A stretch of DNA of 64,000 nt, from the NCBI GenBank assembly GCA_910585635.1, contig CAJUFE010000014.1:3675-67674 (forward strand). The letters run 5' to 3'. Origin of the DNA: an uncultured Lachnospiraceae bacterium. Its GTDB lineage: Bacteria; Bacillota; Clostridia; Lachnospirales; Lachnospiraceae. The position numbers were made by a program, and so were the translations under genes. This document shows positions 51,338 through 61,650 of this stretch, in pieces; the first letter of the stretch is position 1; the number at the start of each line of letters is the position of its first letter. Under the pieces are notes generated by a model. It did not search any database, was not told the DNA's origin, and was given only the letters and a program-made list of their open reading frames with translations.

Positions 51338-52132
51338 TCAGACGGTGATCTTCATGACCTTTGATCCTACCAGATAGGACAGGCCAAAGATCGCGATCGC
51401 CACCGTCATCGCGATCTTTCCAACTATGGTAGTAAATACCGGTTTCATATAATCGCCAGAGGTAAGCGTTAAAAACAGCACCATCACGACCGGGAGCACC
51501 ATCATAAGGTTAAACTCATACTTTTTGCCTGAGATCGTCGTCTCGATCTCATGCTTCACTTCGATCTTTTCCCCGATCGTGTTTGAAGTAGACCGCATAA
51601 CCTCCATCAAGTCTCCACCAGTCCGCTTACAGGTCACAAAGATATCCACAAAATTATCGATATCCTCCAGATGAGCACGCTCCGCAAATTGACTGAACAT
51701 ACTTTCAACGGTACAGTTCATCCCGATCCCCCGCAGGATATATCCCAACTCCAACAGGATATCCGTCTGAGGATCTGGATAGATGACCATAAGATCCTTT
51801 AGCGCGTCCTGGATCCCGATCTCCACAGATTTCCCTACAGATAGTGCGGAGGCAAGTGAGTAGAGCATATCCTTAAACTGCAATGTCAATTGACCCTTTC
51901 GCTTTTCGATGATCTGGCGGGTGCGTATCTTTGGCCATTTCAGCGCGAATAGCATCAAAAGTGCCGATAACGGGATGCTATGATAGAAGATATAGCCCAC
52001 TGTAAACAGCACGACAGCAGCCAAAATGATGTTCACGATCTTTTCCGTTCCACCCATGATATACACATCATAATCCGTCAGACCGTCTTCCCGTTCTATG
52101 ATCTCTTCGACCTCTTTCTTTTTTCCAAACAT
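51338..52132 (-). CDS. tadB: TadB / T2SS-F family platform protein
   Basis: QFKDMLYSLASALSVGKS, KRTGGDL. Confidence 0.88.
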   Translation of the reverse strand: MFGKKKEVEEIIEREDGLTDYDVYIMGGTEKIVNIILAAVVLFTVGYIFYHSIPLSALLMLFALKWPKIRTRQIIEKRKGQLTLQFKDMLYSLASALSVGKSVEIGIQDALKDLMVIYPDPQTDILLELGYILRGIGMNCTVESMFSQFAERAHLEDIDNFVDIFVTCKRTGGDLMEVMRSTSNTIGEKIEVKHEIETTISGKKYEFNLMMVLPVVMVLFLTLTSGDYMKPVFTTIVGKIAMTVAIAIFGLSYLVGSKVMKITV

Positions 52133-52171
52133 ATGCTCCCCCTGCCTGTTCCTTTTCCTCTATGGATCTGC

Positions 52172-53419
52172 TCATACTTCTTTGGACAATCCGGCATTTT
52201 GGAATTTCTCGATATGGACCATAGCATTTTCCGTCCGTACTAATCCGCCGATGATCCTTCCCTCTTTGTCTTCCCCTTCCTCCACAAATCGATACAAGGG
52301 GTTCAATATGATCTTACCATCTTCATATCCAACAAGCTCGGTGATCTCGATCGTCCTCCGAGACTTATCACGGAGCCTGGACAATTGGATGATGATATCG
52401 ATAGCCGAGGCGATCTGCTGCCGGATCGCCTCGATCGGGATACTGTTCCCGGATACCACCATGGTCTCCAGACGGCTCAGCATATCTTTTGTCGAATTGG
52501 AATGGCCTGTAGACAACGAACCGTCATGGCCTGTGTTCATCGCCTGCAGCATATCCAGCGCCTCCGCCCCACGGACTTCTCCGACCACGATACGCTCTGG
52601 CCGCATACGCAGCGAGGACCGGATCAGATCACGGATGGTCACTTCCCCTTTTCCCTCCATATTCGCATTCCTTGTCTCCAGACGTACCAGGTTCGCTACC
52701 CCTTTGATCTGGAGCTCGGCTGAATCCTCTATGGTGATCACCCGTTCATCTTTAGGGATGAAATTCGAAAGAGCATTTAAAAAAGTCGTCTTTCCAGAGC
52801 CTGTACCCCCGCTGATAAAAATGTTGTATTTTGCCTTGACCATCCGTTCCAGGAGCTCTGCCACTTCCGGTGTGATCGAACCATATGCGATCAGCTTCTG
52901 TACCGTCATCGGGTCTTCCGGGAACTTGCGGATCGTCACTGTGGGGCCGTCTAGTGCGATCGGAGGCAGGACCACATTGACACGGGAACCATCTAAAAGT
53001 CTGGCATCGACGATGGGGTTCGCTTCATTGACTGTACGGTTTACTTTTGATACGATGTTCAGGATCACGTTCTCTAGCTTTTCGTTTGTCTCAAAACTGA
53101 CATCCTTCCGATAAAGCCTTCCTGCCTGTTCAACAAACACATGATCTGGGCCATTGATCATGATCTCTGTGATGGATGGGTCGTCAACTAAAGGCTGGAG
53201 CACATCCAATCCCCTCATGGAATTAAAAACCCCTTCCATGATCTCGCGTTTTTCTGTCAGTGACAGATACTGCTGTCTGGATTCTTCTGTGACGATAGCT
53301 GCGATCACCTCCCGGATCTCATCATCGTCTACATACCGCGTTAGATCCAAACGCTCTGATACCATCCTTCGGATCCTTTTTATGTACTCTGGCATATCCT
53401 CGATCATATCGCTCTCCAT
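52172..53419 (-). CDS. cpaF: Tad pilus assembly ATPase TadA/CpaF
   Basis: ITEIMING, DARLLDGSRVN, GGTGSGKTT, EDSAEL, LRMRPERIVVGEVRG, AMNTGHDG. Confidence 0.96.
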   Translation of the reverse strand: MESDMIEDMPEYIKRIRRMVSERLDLTRYVDDDEIREVIAAIVTEESRQQYLSLTEKREIMEGVFNSMRGLDVLQPLVDDPSITEIMINGPDHVFVEQAGRLYRKDVSFETNEKLENVILNIVSKVNRTVNEANPIVDARLLDGSRVNVVLPPIALDGPTVTIRKFPEDPMTVQKLIAYGSITPEVAELLERMVKAKYNIFISGGTGSGKTTFLNALSNFIPKDERVITIEDSAELQIKGVANLVRLETRNANMEGKGEVTIRDLIRSSLRMRPERIVVGEVRGAEALDMLQAMNTGHDGSLSTGHSNSTKDMLSRLETMVVSGNSIPIEAIRQQIASAIDIIIQLSRLRDKSRRTIEITELVGYEDGKIILNPLYRFVEEGEDKEGRIIGGLVRTENAMVHIEKFQNAGLSKEV

Positions 53420-53443
53420 CCTCCTGGACCATCACGTTTCTTT

Positions 53444-54595
53444 TTATGGTATATCATCCCCCATTGCTACCTGTAATACCGGCCCCATCATCTGCAGCAG
53501 CATATCGCCTGAACGTAAGATATCGATCCCTCTTGCCAGGATAGAGGACATCATAACATTGGCGCAGCAGGGGAGTCTGCTGCTTATATCGTGTGGGAGC
53601 CATCCCATATAGTCCTTTCTCCCATCTGCTTTATTGATGATCAGATACATTTTTTGAAATAGCCGCTCATACCGGTCATGCAATCTGGATTCATCCAGCA
53701 AACGTTGTAATTTGGATAAGCTCCTCCCTTCTGCGATCGTGGGGACCAATATCCTATCGGCTTCTTCTAATATGGCCCATGCCCGATCGTTAAGATCCGA
53801 AGAAAGATCCACCACCACCAAATGGTGATCAGCTAATTCCCGCAGACTATCAAGTAGTCTTTTGTGATCTTCTCTACTGATCTCCTCATATTCAGAAATG
53901 CTGTCAACACCTGGAAGATAGTCAAAACCGGCCGTAGGCTCTGTACAGATACATCCTTTAAGCTTGATCCCTACATTCATCCCTTTTGTCTTCAAAGCCA
54001 AAAATACATCCGAAAGGCCGCCTGTAGTCTTTCCTAAAAGGTCTGATACCGAGTCGATCTCCTCCAAGTTCAGATATAATGTATGCGATCCAGCCCTTAC
54101 TGCCGCAGACGCCAAGGCCAATGCCAGTACCGTCTTTCCCGTACCGCCCGCCGGGCTATAAAATGCGACAACCTTTGTTTCGCTGTCTCCTCGAACGGTT
54201 TCCAGCGAATCATTTTCTTCTGCATAACGGAGCAGGACGGCCGTCGATATGTTTTCTATTTTTTGGTATTTTTTTATGGGCTCGAACCCTTCCACCGGAG
54301 ATAGATCCGTAAACAGCACCATCCGTGTCATATCGGAGGCCATCTCTCTTAGTTTTTCCTCCGCAAGCGTTTCATCGACGATCAGGATATCGGCCGTACC
54401 TCCTTGCTCCAGATATTGATACAGCTTTTCCTTTCTTGTAAAGACGATCAGCTCCAATTGCGGAACATTTTCCATAAAGTAGTGAGAAAGCTCGTTCAAG
54501 TATCGTTGATCACGGTCTGCGAGTATCATCTTTTTCTTTATCATAGGTAATGACCCAGCCCCCATCGGTGTTCCTTTCTCCATTTTTGCTATCAT
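53444..54595 (-). CDS. TadZ/CpaE-like protein (receiver-like domain plus MinD/ParA ATPase)
   Basis: N-terminal ILAD...ADILIVD; YSPAGGTGKT; LYLNLE; first gene of the tad operon; start uncertain. Confidence 0.8.
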   Translation of the reverse strand: MIAKMEKGTPMGAGSLPMIKKKMILADRDQRYLNELSHYFMENVPQLELIVFTRKEKLYQYLEQGGTADILIVDETLAEEKLREMASDMTRMVLFTDLSPVEGFEPIKKYQKIENISTAVLLRYAEENDSLETVRGDSETKVVAFYSPAGGTGKTVLALALASAAVRAGSHTLYLNLEEIDSVSDLLGKTTGGLSDVFLALKTKGMNVGIKLKGCICTEPTAGFDYLPGVDSISEYEEISREDHKRLLDSLRELADHHLVVVDLSSDLNDRAWAILEEADRILVPTIAEGRSLSKLQRLLDESRLHDRYERLFQKMYLIINKADGRKDYMGWLPHDISSRLPCCANVMMSSILARGIDILRSGDMLLQMMGPVLQVAMGDDIP

Positions 54596-54612
54596 TTCTT
54601 TTCCAATAATAG

Positions 54613-54691
54613 TATTTATAGTATAGATTATCGCAATAATGAAGTCAATAGTCTGTTGTTAATTTCAAAATAATATTTATAGTATAGATTA
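54613..54691. promoter_or_regulatory. Two identical 18 bp pseudo-palindromic operators in the divergent tad/XRE promoter region
   Basis: TATTTATAGTATAGATTA at 54613-54630 and 54674-54691. Confidence 0.75.
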
Positions 54692-54711
54692 AACCAAAAA
54701 GGAGCACATAT

Positions 54712-55041
54712 ATGTCGATCACAAGGGAGTTAGGACAGCGGATACGCTTTTACCGAAAAAAGATGAAGCTCAGTCAAGAGCAGTTCGCCGAGATGTGCGA
54801 TCTCCACCCCACCTATATCGGACAGATCGAGCGTGGAGAAAAAAATGCGACGATCGAGAGCATATACAAGATCTCTTCCGCACTAAACGTGAGTCTGGAA
54901 AACCTGTTCAATAATATCGAGGTCCTTGCAGCCCCGGACAATGATCCTTTAAGCAAGATCAGTAGGTCCCTTTCCCAGCTGCCAACCGAGACACAGGAAA
55001 AGATCTGTAATATCCTGCAAGAGATCCTGCAGCTGCTCTGA
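54712..55041 (+). CDS. XRE family HTH transcriptional regulator
   Basis: LGQRIRFYRK...LSQEQFAE...HPTYIGQIERGEKNATI; AAGGAG RBS. Confidence 0.92.
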   Translation: MSITRELGQRIRFYRKKMKLSQEQFAEMCDLHPTYIGQIERGEKNATIESIYKISSALNVSLENLFNNIEVLAAPDNDPLSKISRSLSQLPTETQEKICNILQEILQLL

Positions 55042-55080
55042 TCAATGTTGCTCTGACCAGGTCTCCTCCCGACCGCAAAC

Positions 55081-55127
55081 AAAAAAGACTGTCCATGCCT
55101 GCGTTCTTGCCGTGCATGGACAGTCTT
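55081..55127. terminator. Intrinsic terminator of the peptide ABC operon
   Basis: aaaaaagactgtccatgc / gcatggacagtctt. Confidence 0.75.
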
Positions 55128-55241
55128 ATATCTACTATATTTTATCTACTATATTATCTACCGATCTTCTCTACCAGATCTGATCAAAGCCCTTCTGAAA
55201 AGCCGCGCCTTCTCTGCCTCTTCCGAAAAACCGCGCCTTCC

Positions 55242-56219
55242 CTACCCCTTCTGCGACGCCAGATGGCAATACACATAATGATCGTCCGTGAGCTGTGTCT
55301 TCACCGGCGCTTCCTTCTTACAGATCTCCATACATTTCGGACACCGTGTATGGAATTTACATCCGGTAGGTGGATTGAGCGGCGAGGGGATATTCCCCTC
55401 TAAGATCACCCGGTCCTTCTTCGCCGTGGGATCTGGCACAGGGACGGCGGAGAGCAGCGCCTGGGTGTAGGGATGGGTGGGGGCCTTATACAGGCTCTCC
55501 TTGCTGCCCACCTCCACGAAATTCCCCAGATACATCACGCCCACCCGGTCGCTGATATGCTCCACCACGCTCAGATCGTGGGCCACGAAGATGTAGGTCA
55601 GGTTAAATTCCTTCTTCAGCTGGTTCATCAGGTTCAGCACCTGGGCCTGGATGGACACGTCCAGGGCGGACACCGGCTCATCGGCGATGATCAGCTTTGG
55701 CTGTACGGCCAATGCCCTGGCGATCCCGATCCTCTGGCGCTGGCCGCCGGAGAACTCGTGGGGATACCGGTTGGCATGGTAATCGTCTAAGCCCACCTTC
55801 CGCAGAAGGTCCAATACCTTTGCCTCCAGCTCTGCCTTATCCTTGGTCAGGCCATGGATGATCAGCGGCTCCGCGATGATGTCGAAGATGGACATCCTGG
55901 GGTTCAAGGAGGCGTAGGGGTCCTGGAACACCATCTGCACCTTCTTGCGGACCGGGCGCATCTGGCTGTTGTTGTAAGAGGAGATATCCTCCCCGTCTAA
56001 GACCACCTTGCCGCCGGTGGGCTGCTCCAGTTTGCAGATGCCCCGGCCCAGGGTGGATTTCCCACAGCCGGATTCGCCTACGATGCCGAAGACCTCGCCC
56101 CGCTCCACCTGGAAGGAGACGCCGTCCACCGCCTTCACATAGTCCGTGGTGCCGAACTTCTTTCCGGCTACCGGATAATAGATCTTCATATCCTCTACGT
56201 TCAATAAGATATCCGCCAT
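55242..56219 (-). CDS. Peptide ABC transporter ATP-binding protein (DppF/OppF type)
   Basis: [43 protein letters not shown]. Confidence 0.93.
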   Translation of the reverse strand: MADILLNVEDMKIYYPVAGKKFGTTDYVKAVDGVSFQVERGEVFGIVGESGCGKSTLGRGICKLEQPTGGKVVLDGEDISSYNNSQMRPVRKKVQMVFQDPYASLNPRMSIFDIIAEPLIIHGLTKDKAELEAKVLDLLRKVGLDDYHANRYPHEFSGGQRQRIGIARALAVQPKLIIADEPVSALDVSIQAQVLNLMNQLKKEFNLTYIFVAHDLSVVEHISDRVGVMYLGNFVEVGSKESLYKAPTHPYTQALLSAVPVPDPTAKKDRVILEGNIPSPLNPPTGCKFHTRCPKCMEICKKEAPVKTQLTDDHYVYCHLASQKG

Positions 56220-57214
56220 TACTTTCCCTCGCCTCCTTTTTCACAGAGCCAGCATTTGCACAGATGGCCGTTCCCGATATCAAAGAAGCCCGGCTCTTCT
56301 GTCTGGCATTTATCAAAGGCATAACTGCATCGGGGGGCAAATTTGCAGCCCTTGGGCATATATTTGGGATTGGGTACATTGCCTGGGATCACCTCAAGCT
56401 CCTCTACCGCCTCCCCCAGCTTAGGGATCGAGCCTAACAGGCCTTTCGTATAGGGATGAGATGGGTTAGCGAAAAGAGACCGTACATCCGCCTTCTCCAC
56501 CACCCGGCCGCAGTACATGACCACCACATCGTCACAAACCTCGGCCACCACGCCTAAGTCGTGGGTGATGAACAGGATGGAGGTGCCGATATCCTGTTTC
56601 AGATCGTTCATCAGATCCAGGATCTGGGCCTGGATGGTCACATCCAGGGCCGTGGTGGGCTCGTCCGCGATCAAGATCTTCGGACGGCATACCAGGGCCA
56701 TGGCGATCATCACACGCTGGCGCTGACCGCCGGAGAGCTGGAAGGGGTATTCCTTCATCATGTGCTCCACCCGGGGGACGCCGGTCTTCCGGAGCATGTC
56801 CTCGGCCTTTTTGTAGGCCTCCTCCTTGGAGATGTCCTCATGCTGCAGGATACATTCCGTCAGCTGCTTCCCGATCTTCATCACTGGGTTTAAGCTGGTC
56901 ATGGGTTCCTGGAAGATCATGGAGATCTTGCTGCCCCGCATCTTCCGCTTCTCTTCTTCGCTGATGTGGGCGATATCCTTGCCCTCTAATAAGATCTCCC
57001 CCTCGGCGATCTTGCCGGTGGTGCCGGCTAAAAGACCCATGATGGAAAGGGAGGTCACACTCTTTCCGCTGCCCGACTCCCCTACGATCCCCAGGGTCGA
57101 GCCTTCTCTCAGTTCAAAATCCACACCGTCCACAGACCGGACCACGCCGCTGTCGGTGTAAAAATAGGTGTGGAGGTTTTTTACCTCTAATACATTCTTT
57201 CTATCCTCTGCCAT
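56219..57214 (-). CDS. Peptide ABC transporter ATP-binding protein (DppD/OppD type)
   Basis: [35 protein letters not shown]. Confidence 0.93.
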   Translation of the reverse strand: MAEDRKNVLEVKNLHTYFYTDSGVVRSVDGVDFELREGSTLGIVGESGSGKSVTSLSIMGLLAGTTGKIAEGEILLEGKDIAHISEEEKRKMRGSKISMIFQEPMTSLNPVMKIGKQLTECILQHEDISKEEAYKKAEDMLRKTGVPRVEHMMKEYPFQLSGGQRQRVMIAMALVCRPKILIADEPTTALDVTIQAQILDLMNDLKQDIGTSILFITHDLGVVAEVCDDVVVMYCGRVVEKADVRSLFANPSHPYTKGLLGSIPKLGEAVEELEVIPGNVPNPKYMPKGCKFAPRCSYAFDKCQTEEPGFFDIGNGHLCKCWLCEKGGEGK

Positions 57215-57231
57215 CGTGCCTTCCCCCTTTC

Positions 57232-58125
57232 TTAATCGGACAATTTCGGATCAAGGGCGTCCCGAAGGCCGTCGCCCAGGATGTTGAAGCTAAGTACCGT
57301 AAGGAATATGGCCAGGCCGGGGAACAGGGTACAATGCATGCTGGTCAGCATGTAGTTCCGCCCGTTGGACAAGAGCAGTCCCCACTCCGGTGTGGGCGGC
57401 TGTGCGCCCATCCCCAAAAAGCTTAGGGAGGATGCGGTCAGGATGGAGGAGCCCACGGACATGGTGAACTGTACGATGATCTCCGGCACGGCGCCGGGCA
57501 GGATATGGCGGAACAAGATCCTGGCATCCGAGGCGCCTAGGTTCCTGGCCGCCTGGACGAACACCGAATTTTTCAGGGCCAATGTCCGCCCCCGCACCAG
57601 ACGGGCGAAGGTGGGTGTGGAGAACACCGCCACCGCGATCACCACGTTCCCGATGCCGCTGCCTAAGATCGCCACGATCGCGATCGCCAGGATGATGCCC
57701 GGGAAGGCAAAGAGGGTATCACAGATCCGCATGATGATCGAATCCACGATCCCGCGGTAATAGCCGCCTAAGAGCCCTAAGATGGTGCCGCAGACCGCGC
57801 CCACCGAGACCGCGGACAAGCCTACCGCCAGGGAGATCTTGGTGCCGCAGATGATCCTGGAGAAGAGATCGCGGCCAAATTCGTCGGTACCGAACCAGTG
57901 GGCCCCGCTGGGTCCCTGGAGGATCGCGTTATAATCATATTCATTGATCTTAAAGGGTACCAGCGCTTCGCCGAAAAAGGCCAAGAACACCAGGAAGAGG
58001 ATGAAGAAAAGGGCTACCACCGCATTCTTCTGCTTTTTAAATTTCCGGATCATCTCTGAAACAGGAGTTTTGATATCTGTCTTTTCATTCAATTCCGCAG
58101 ACGCGGCTTTTTTCTTTCCGATCAT
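57232..58125 (-). CDS. Peptide/glutathione ABC permease (GsiD/DppC type)
   Basis: [38 protein letters not shown]. Confidence 0.92.
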   Translation of the reverse strand: MIGKKKAASAELNEKTDIKTPVSEMIRKFKKQKNAVVALFFILFLVFLAFFGEALVPFKINEYDYNAILQGPSGAHWFGTDEFGRDLFSRIICGTKISLAVGLSAVSVGAVCGTILGLLGGYYRGIVDSIIMRICDTLFAFPGIILAIAIVAILGSGIGNVVIAVAVFSTPTFARLVRGRTLALKNSVFVQAARNLGASDARILFRHILPGAVPEIIVQFTMSVGSSILTASSLSFLGMGAQPPTPEWGLLLSNGRNYMLTSMHCTLFPGLAIFLTVLSFNILGDGLRDALDPKLSD

Positions 58126-58136
58126 ATGAAAACCTC

Positions 58137-59057
58137 CTATGACAATTTGATCTCTGGATTGAGGACGGCGTACAGGATATCCACCACCAGGTTGATGATG
58201 ATGAACTGCAGGGAGAACAGCAAGATCAACGACTGGATCGCCGGATAATCCCGGTAGTTCACCGATTCGATCAAGAGCTGTCCCAAGCCCGGGAAGGCGA
58301 ACACGGCCTCCGTGACCACGGAACCGCCCAGGAGGAAACCAAACTGCAGGCCCACCACCGTCACCACGGAGATCATAGAGTTCCGAAAAGCATGGCCCCA
58401 GGTGACGGTCTTTTCCTTCAAGCCCTTGGCCCTGGCCGTGCGGATGTAGTCCTCCTTCATCACCTCAACGATGGAGGAGCGGGTAAAACGGGCGATGATC
58501 GCGGCGATGCTGGTCCCTAGGGAGATCGCCGGCAGGACCAGGTTCTTCCAGCTGCCCGCCCCTGTGGTAGGCAGCCAGCGCAGCTTCACCGCAAAGAGCA
58601 TGATCAGCAGGAAGCCCACCCAGAAGCCCGGCAGGGAGATGCCGGAGACCGCCAGGGTCATACCAGTGAAATCCTGCCACTTTCCTCGGTTCTTCCCCGA
58701 CCATACCCCCAGGAGCACCCCTACGATGGTGCTCCAGACCAGGGCGGCGACGGTCAGGGACATGGTATTAGCATACCGGGCTCCGATCTCCGTGATCACC
58801 GGACGCTTGGTGCGCAGGGACATCCCCAGATCGCCTCTTAAGAGGCCGCCCACATATTTGGCGTACTGGACCGGGATGGACTGGTTCAAGCCCAGCTGCT
58901 CTCTGACCGCCTCCACCTGGTCTAAGGTGGCCTGTTCGCCGGCTACCAGACGGGCCGGATCGCCCGGGATCATACGGACAAAGAAGAATACGAAGGTCAC
59001 TACGATGATCAGCGTGGGGATGACCCCCACGATCCGTTTTAAGGTATATCGTAACAT
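58137..59057 (-). CDS. Peptide/glutathione ABC permease (GsiC/DppB type)
   Basis: [31 protein letters not shown]. Confidence 0.92.
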   Translation of the reverse strand: MLRYTLKRIVGVIPTLIIVVTFVFFFVRMIPGDPARLVAGEQATLDQVEAVREQLGLNQSIPVQYAKYVGGLLRGDLGMSLRTKRPVITEIGARYANTMSLTVAALVWSTIVGVLLGVWSGKNRGKWQDFTGMTLAVSGISLPGFWVGFLLIMLFAVKLRWLPTTGAGSWKNLVLPAISLGTSIAAIIARFTRSSIVEVMKEDYIRTARAKGLKEKTVTWGHAFRNSMISVVTVVGLQFGFLLGGSVVTEAVFAFPGLGQLLIESVNYRDYPAIQSLILLFSLQFIIINLVVDILYAVLNPEIKLS

Positions 59058-59091
59058 GTTGCTATCATCTCCTTACTGGCTGCATGTACAT

Positions 59092-59172
59092 CAGTTCCTA
59101 CTATATACAGTTCCTATCTATACACTTCTATACACTATCTATACAGTTCCTATCCCTATACAGGATATCTAT
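59092..59172. repeat. Degenerate short tandem repeats (ctatacagttccta-like)
   Basis: cagttcctac/tatatacagttcctatctatacac... several imperfect copies. Confidence 0.6.
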
Positions 59173-59558
59173 AAAAATGGGGCGGCCCATGTCTGGCGCT
59201 CCCGTTGATCTCACACACGATCTTTCATGATCAGATCAAAGACCTCGCGTCATCGCTCGCAAAAAATAAAGGAAAAGGATATACGTGGCGGCTGCTAAAG
59301 GGTCCCCAAGAGGGACACATAGAGCCGCACAAGACAGAGCAGGTACAAAGAAGCACCCAGGATACAGCCAAAAGCTGTATGATACAAAAACAAGGCGCTG
59401 CAAGGGCAGAGATCCCATACATCTGTTCCCCTTGTTCGCAGCGCCTTGTTCTGATGCTCACCTATGCAGAAACGCCGTCGGTGGCGGACTTTCTGTATGA
59501 TCAGTCCATGGCAGGCCTCCCCCTTCTGTCATCGGACAGACAGGGGATCTGCGGCCGG

Positions 59559-61262
59559 TCATTTGGACATCTTTGCATTCCTCATGTTGATGGCACCGTC
59601 AGCATAGATCTTTACGTTCTGGATGTTCTGTCCGGTCGCCCAGGTATTAGAATCATTGCACAAAAACAGCATCGGGCTCTCTTCCCAGATCAGATCCTGA
59701 GCCTTCTCATAGGCTTCACGGCGGACATCATCATCTGCGCTCTGGAGAGCGGTCTGCAGATAGCCGTCCAGCTCGTCATTCTCGAAGTAGCAGATGTTGT
59801 AGCTCATAGGCGGCTCGGATTCCTTAGCCAGCAGCGGACGGATACCCCAGTCCGCGTCACCGGTGGAGGGAGACCATCCGATCACGAAGCAGTCCACCTC
59901 GGCGTCTGCACCGGCAGCATTAGTATCCTCTACCTTTTCGACCACCAGGGCATTCTCCATACCCTTTAACTCCAGCTCGATCCCGACCTGCTCCAGCTGC
60001 TGCTTGAAGAATTCGCACTGCTTCTGGTTCGCTGTGGTGCTGGCGAAGATCACACTGGTCTTAAAGCCATCAGGATAGCCGGCTTCTGCTAATAATGCCT
60101 TAGCCTTCTCGATATCATAGGGACGAGGATCGTTAGCCTTATGATACTGGACTGCCGGTCCGATGATGGAGGTTGCCGGTGTGGCAAGGCCGTTCTTCAC
60201 CACCTGGATATAAGCGTTCTTATCGACAGCGTAGTCGATCGCCTGACGGACCCGCTTGTCGTTGAAGGGAGGCTTCTGGTTGTTCATGAAGAAGTAACGG
60301 ACCACGATGCCCTCACCCTGCTGGGCATTGACATTGGGATCAGCTTCCAGCACGGATACGCTCTCTGTGGGGATCGGCCAGATGATCTGGGCATCTCCAG
60401 ACTGGACCATAGCTACGCGGGTAGCGCTCTCCGGTACAGGCTTGAAGGTGATGGTCTTAAAGCCTGCGTCTGCATCGGCCAGAGCCGTCCCGCCGCAGAT
60501 ATCGGCGTCATAGCCCCACCAGTCCTTGTTCAGGGCCAGGGTCAGATGATCGCCCTCGATCCACTCTACGAAGGTGTACTGGCCGGTACCGATCGGGCTC
60601 CTGGCACAGGCCTCCACGCCGGCTTCGATCGTCTTCGGGCTCATGATCACACAGGCCGGATGGGCCAGGTTGCTGATGAACGCACCGAAGGGCTCGGTCA
60701 AGTTGATCTTAACCGTATAGTCATCCACCTTCTCAAAGCTGTCCAGCACGTTACATAAGAAGGTAGTCCTCTTTAAGCCTAAAGACTCATCATCCCACTT
60801 CGCCAGGTTCGCCAATGCCGCATCTGCGTTCCAGGGTGTGCCGTCCGAAAAGCTGATGCCCTCCCGAAGGGTGATGGTGAACTCGGTAGCGTCCTCATTC
60901 GCCTCATAGCCGGTAGCCAGCATGGGGATGATCTTCATGTCATCGTCAAAGCCGAAGAGACCGTCCATAATCATACGCTGGATACCGCCGGATAAAGTAT
61001 CGCTGGTATCCATAGGATCCATGGTGACAAAGTCTACATTGACCGCCGCCACTACATCGCTGTCCTGGGAGACGGACTCCCCTGCCGGGACCTCCGCCTG
61101 GGCCTGTGTCTCACCGCCTGCCGCTGCGCTCTCGGTGCCTGCTGCGCCGCCTGCCGCCGCTGTGGTGGCGTCACCGCTGCCGGAACCGCCGCCGCAAGCT
61201 GTCAGCGTGACCATAGCCGCAGCCAGGAGCAACGCATAAAATCTTTTTCCTGTTCTTCTCAT
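59559..61262 (-). CDS. Family 5 peptide/glutathione-binding lipoprotein (GsiB-like)
   Basis: MRRTGKRF start with GGAGG RBS, lipobox LTAC, LREGISFSDGTPWNA, PIGTG, GWSPSTGDADWG. Confidence 0.9.
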   Translation of the reverse strand: MRRTGKRFYALLLAAAMVTLTACGGGSGSGDATTAAAGGAAGTESAAAGGETQAQAEVPAGESVSQDSDVVAAVNVDFVTMDPMDTSDTLSGGIQRMIMDGLFGFDDDMKIIPMLATGYEANEDATEFTITLREGISFSDGTPWNADAALANLAKWDDESLGLKRTTFLCNVLDSFEKVDDYTVKINLTEPFGAFISNLAHPACVIMSPKTIEAGVEACARSPIGTGQYTFVEWIEGDHLTLALNKDWWGYDADICGGTALADADAGFKTITFKPVPESATRVAMVQSGDAQIIWPIPTESVSVLEADPNVNAQQGEGIVVRYFFMNNQKPPFNDKRVRQAIDYAVDKNAYIQVVKNGLATPATSIIGPAVQYHKANDPRPYDIEKAKALLAEAGYPDGFKTSVIFASTTANQKQCEFFKQQLEQVGIELELKGMENALVVEKVEDTNAAGADAEVDCFVIGWSPSTGDADWGIRPLLAKESEPPMSYNICYFENDELDGYLQTALQSADDDVRREAYEKAQDLIWEESPMLFLCNDSNTWATGQNIQNVKIYADGAINMRNAKMSK

Positions 61263-61650
61263 AAAGTTCCTCCTTGTCCTTTTCATCCGGCACGGCACAC
61301 AGGTACGCGCCGACCGGAGTCCATCAGACCAATACCCCCTGCGGACAGCAGGTATCGGCCTCTCGCGGTATCCGCCAAATACTCGTATGGGCACGGCACT
61401 TAGCTCATCTCCCGCGGAAATAAAAAGGCAAGGGAAGCCCGAACTGTATCTAACTTGCGCCCTTGCCATTTAAATTTTATTGTAGTCCTGCTCCCGCCCT
61501 TTTTCAAGGTAAAGTGTTGAACACAAGGATCTGGACGACCATTTTTTAATTTTTTTAAGTGTTCTGGTTGATTTAGATCTATTTTTTATGTATAATCTTC
61601 CTAAAAATACACCGCAAAAGCGGTCAGAGAAGATCAAAAAAGGAGACTCT

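Noticed and set aside
31417..55041. Tad region as an ICE or prophage
   Set aside because: Somewhat lower GC, but no integrase, relaxase, T4SS, phage genes or flanking att repeats were recognised.
61425..61470. sigma-54 promoter or riboswitch upstream of the peptide-binding protein gene
   Set aside because: TGGCA is present on the minus strand but there is no GC at the -12 spacing; the hairpin is imperfect and matches no riboswitch consensus I recognise.
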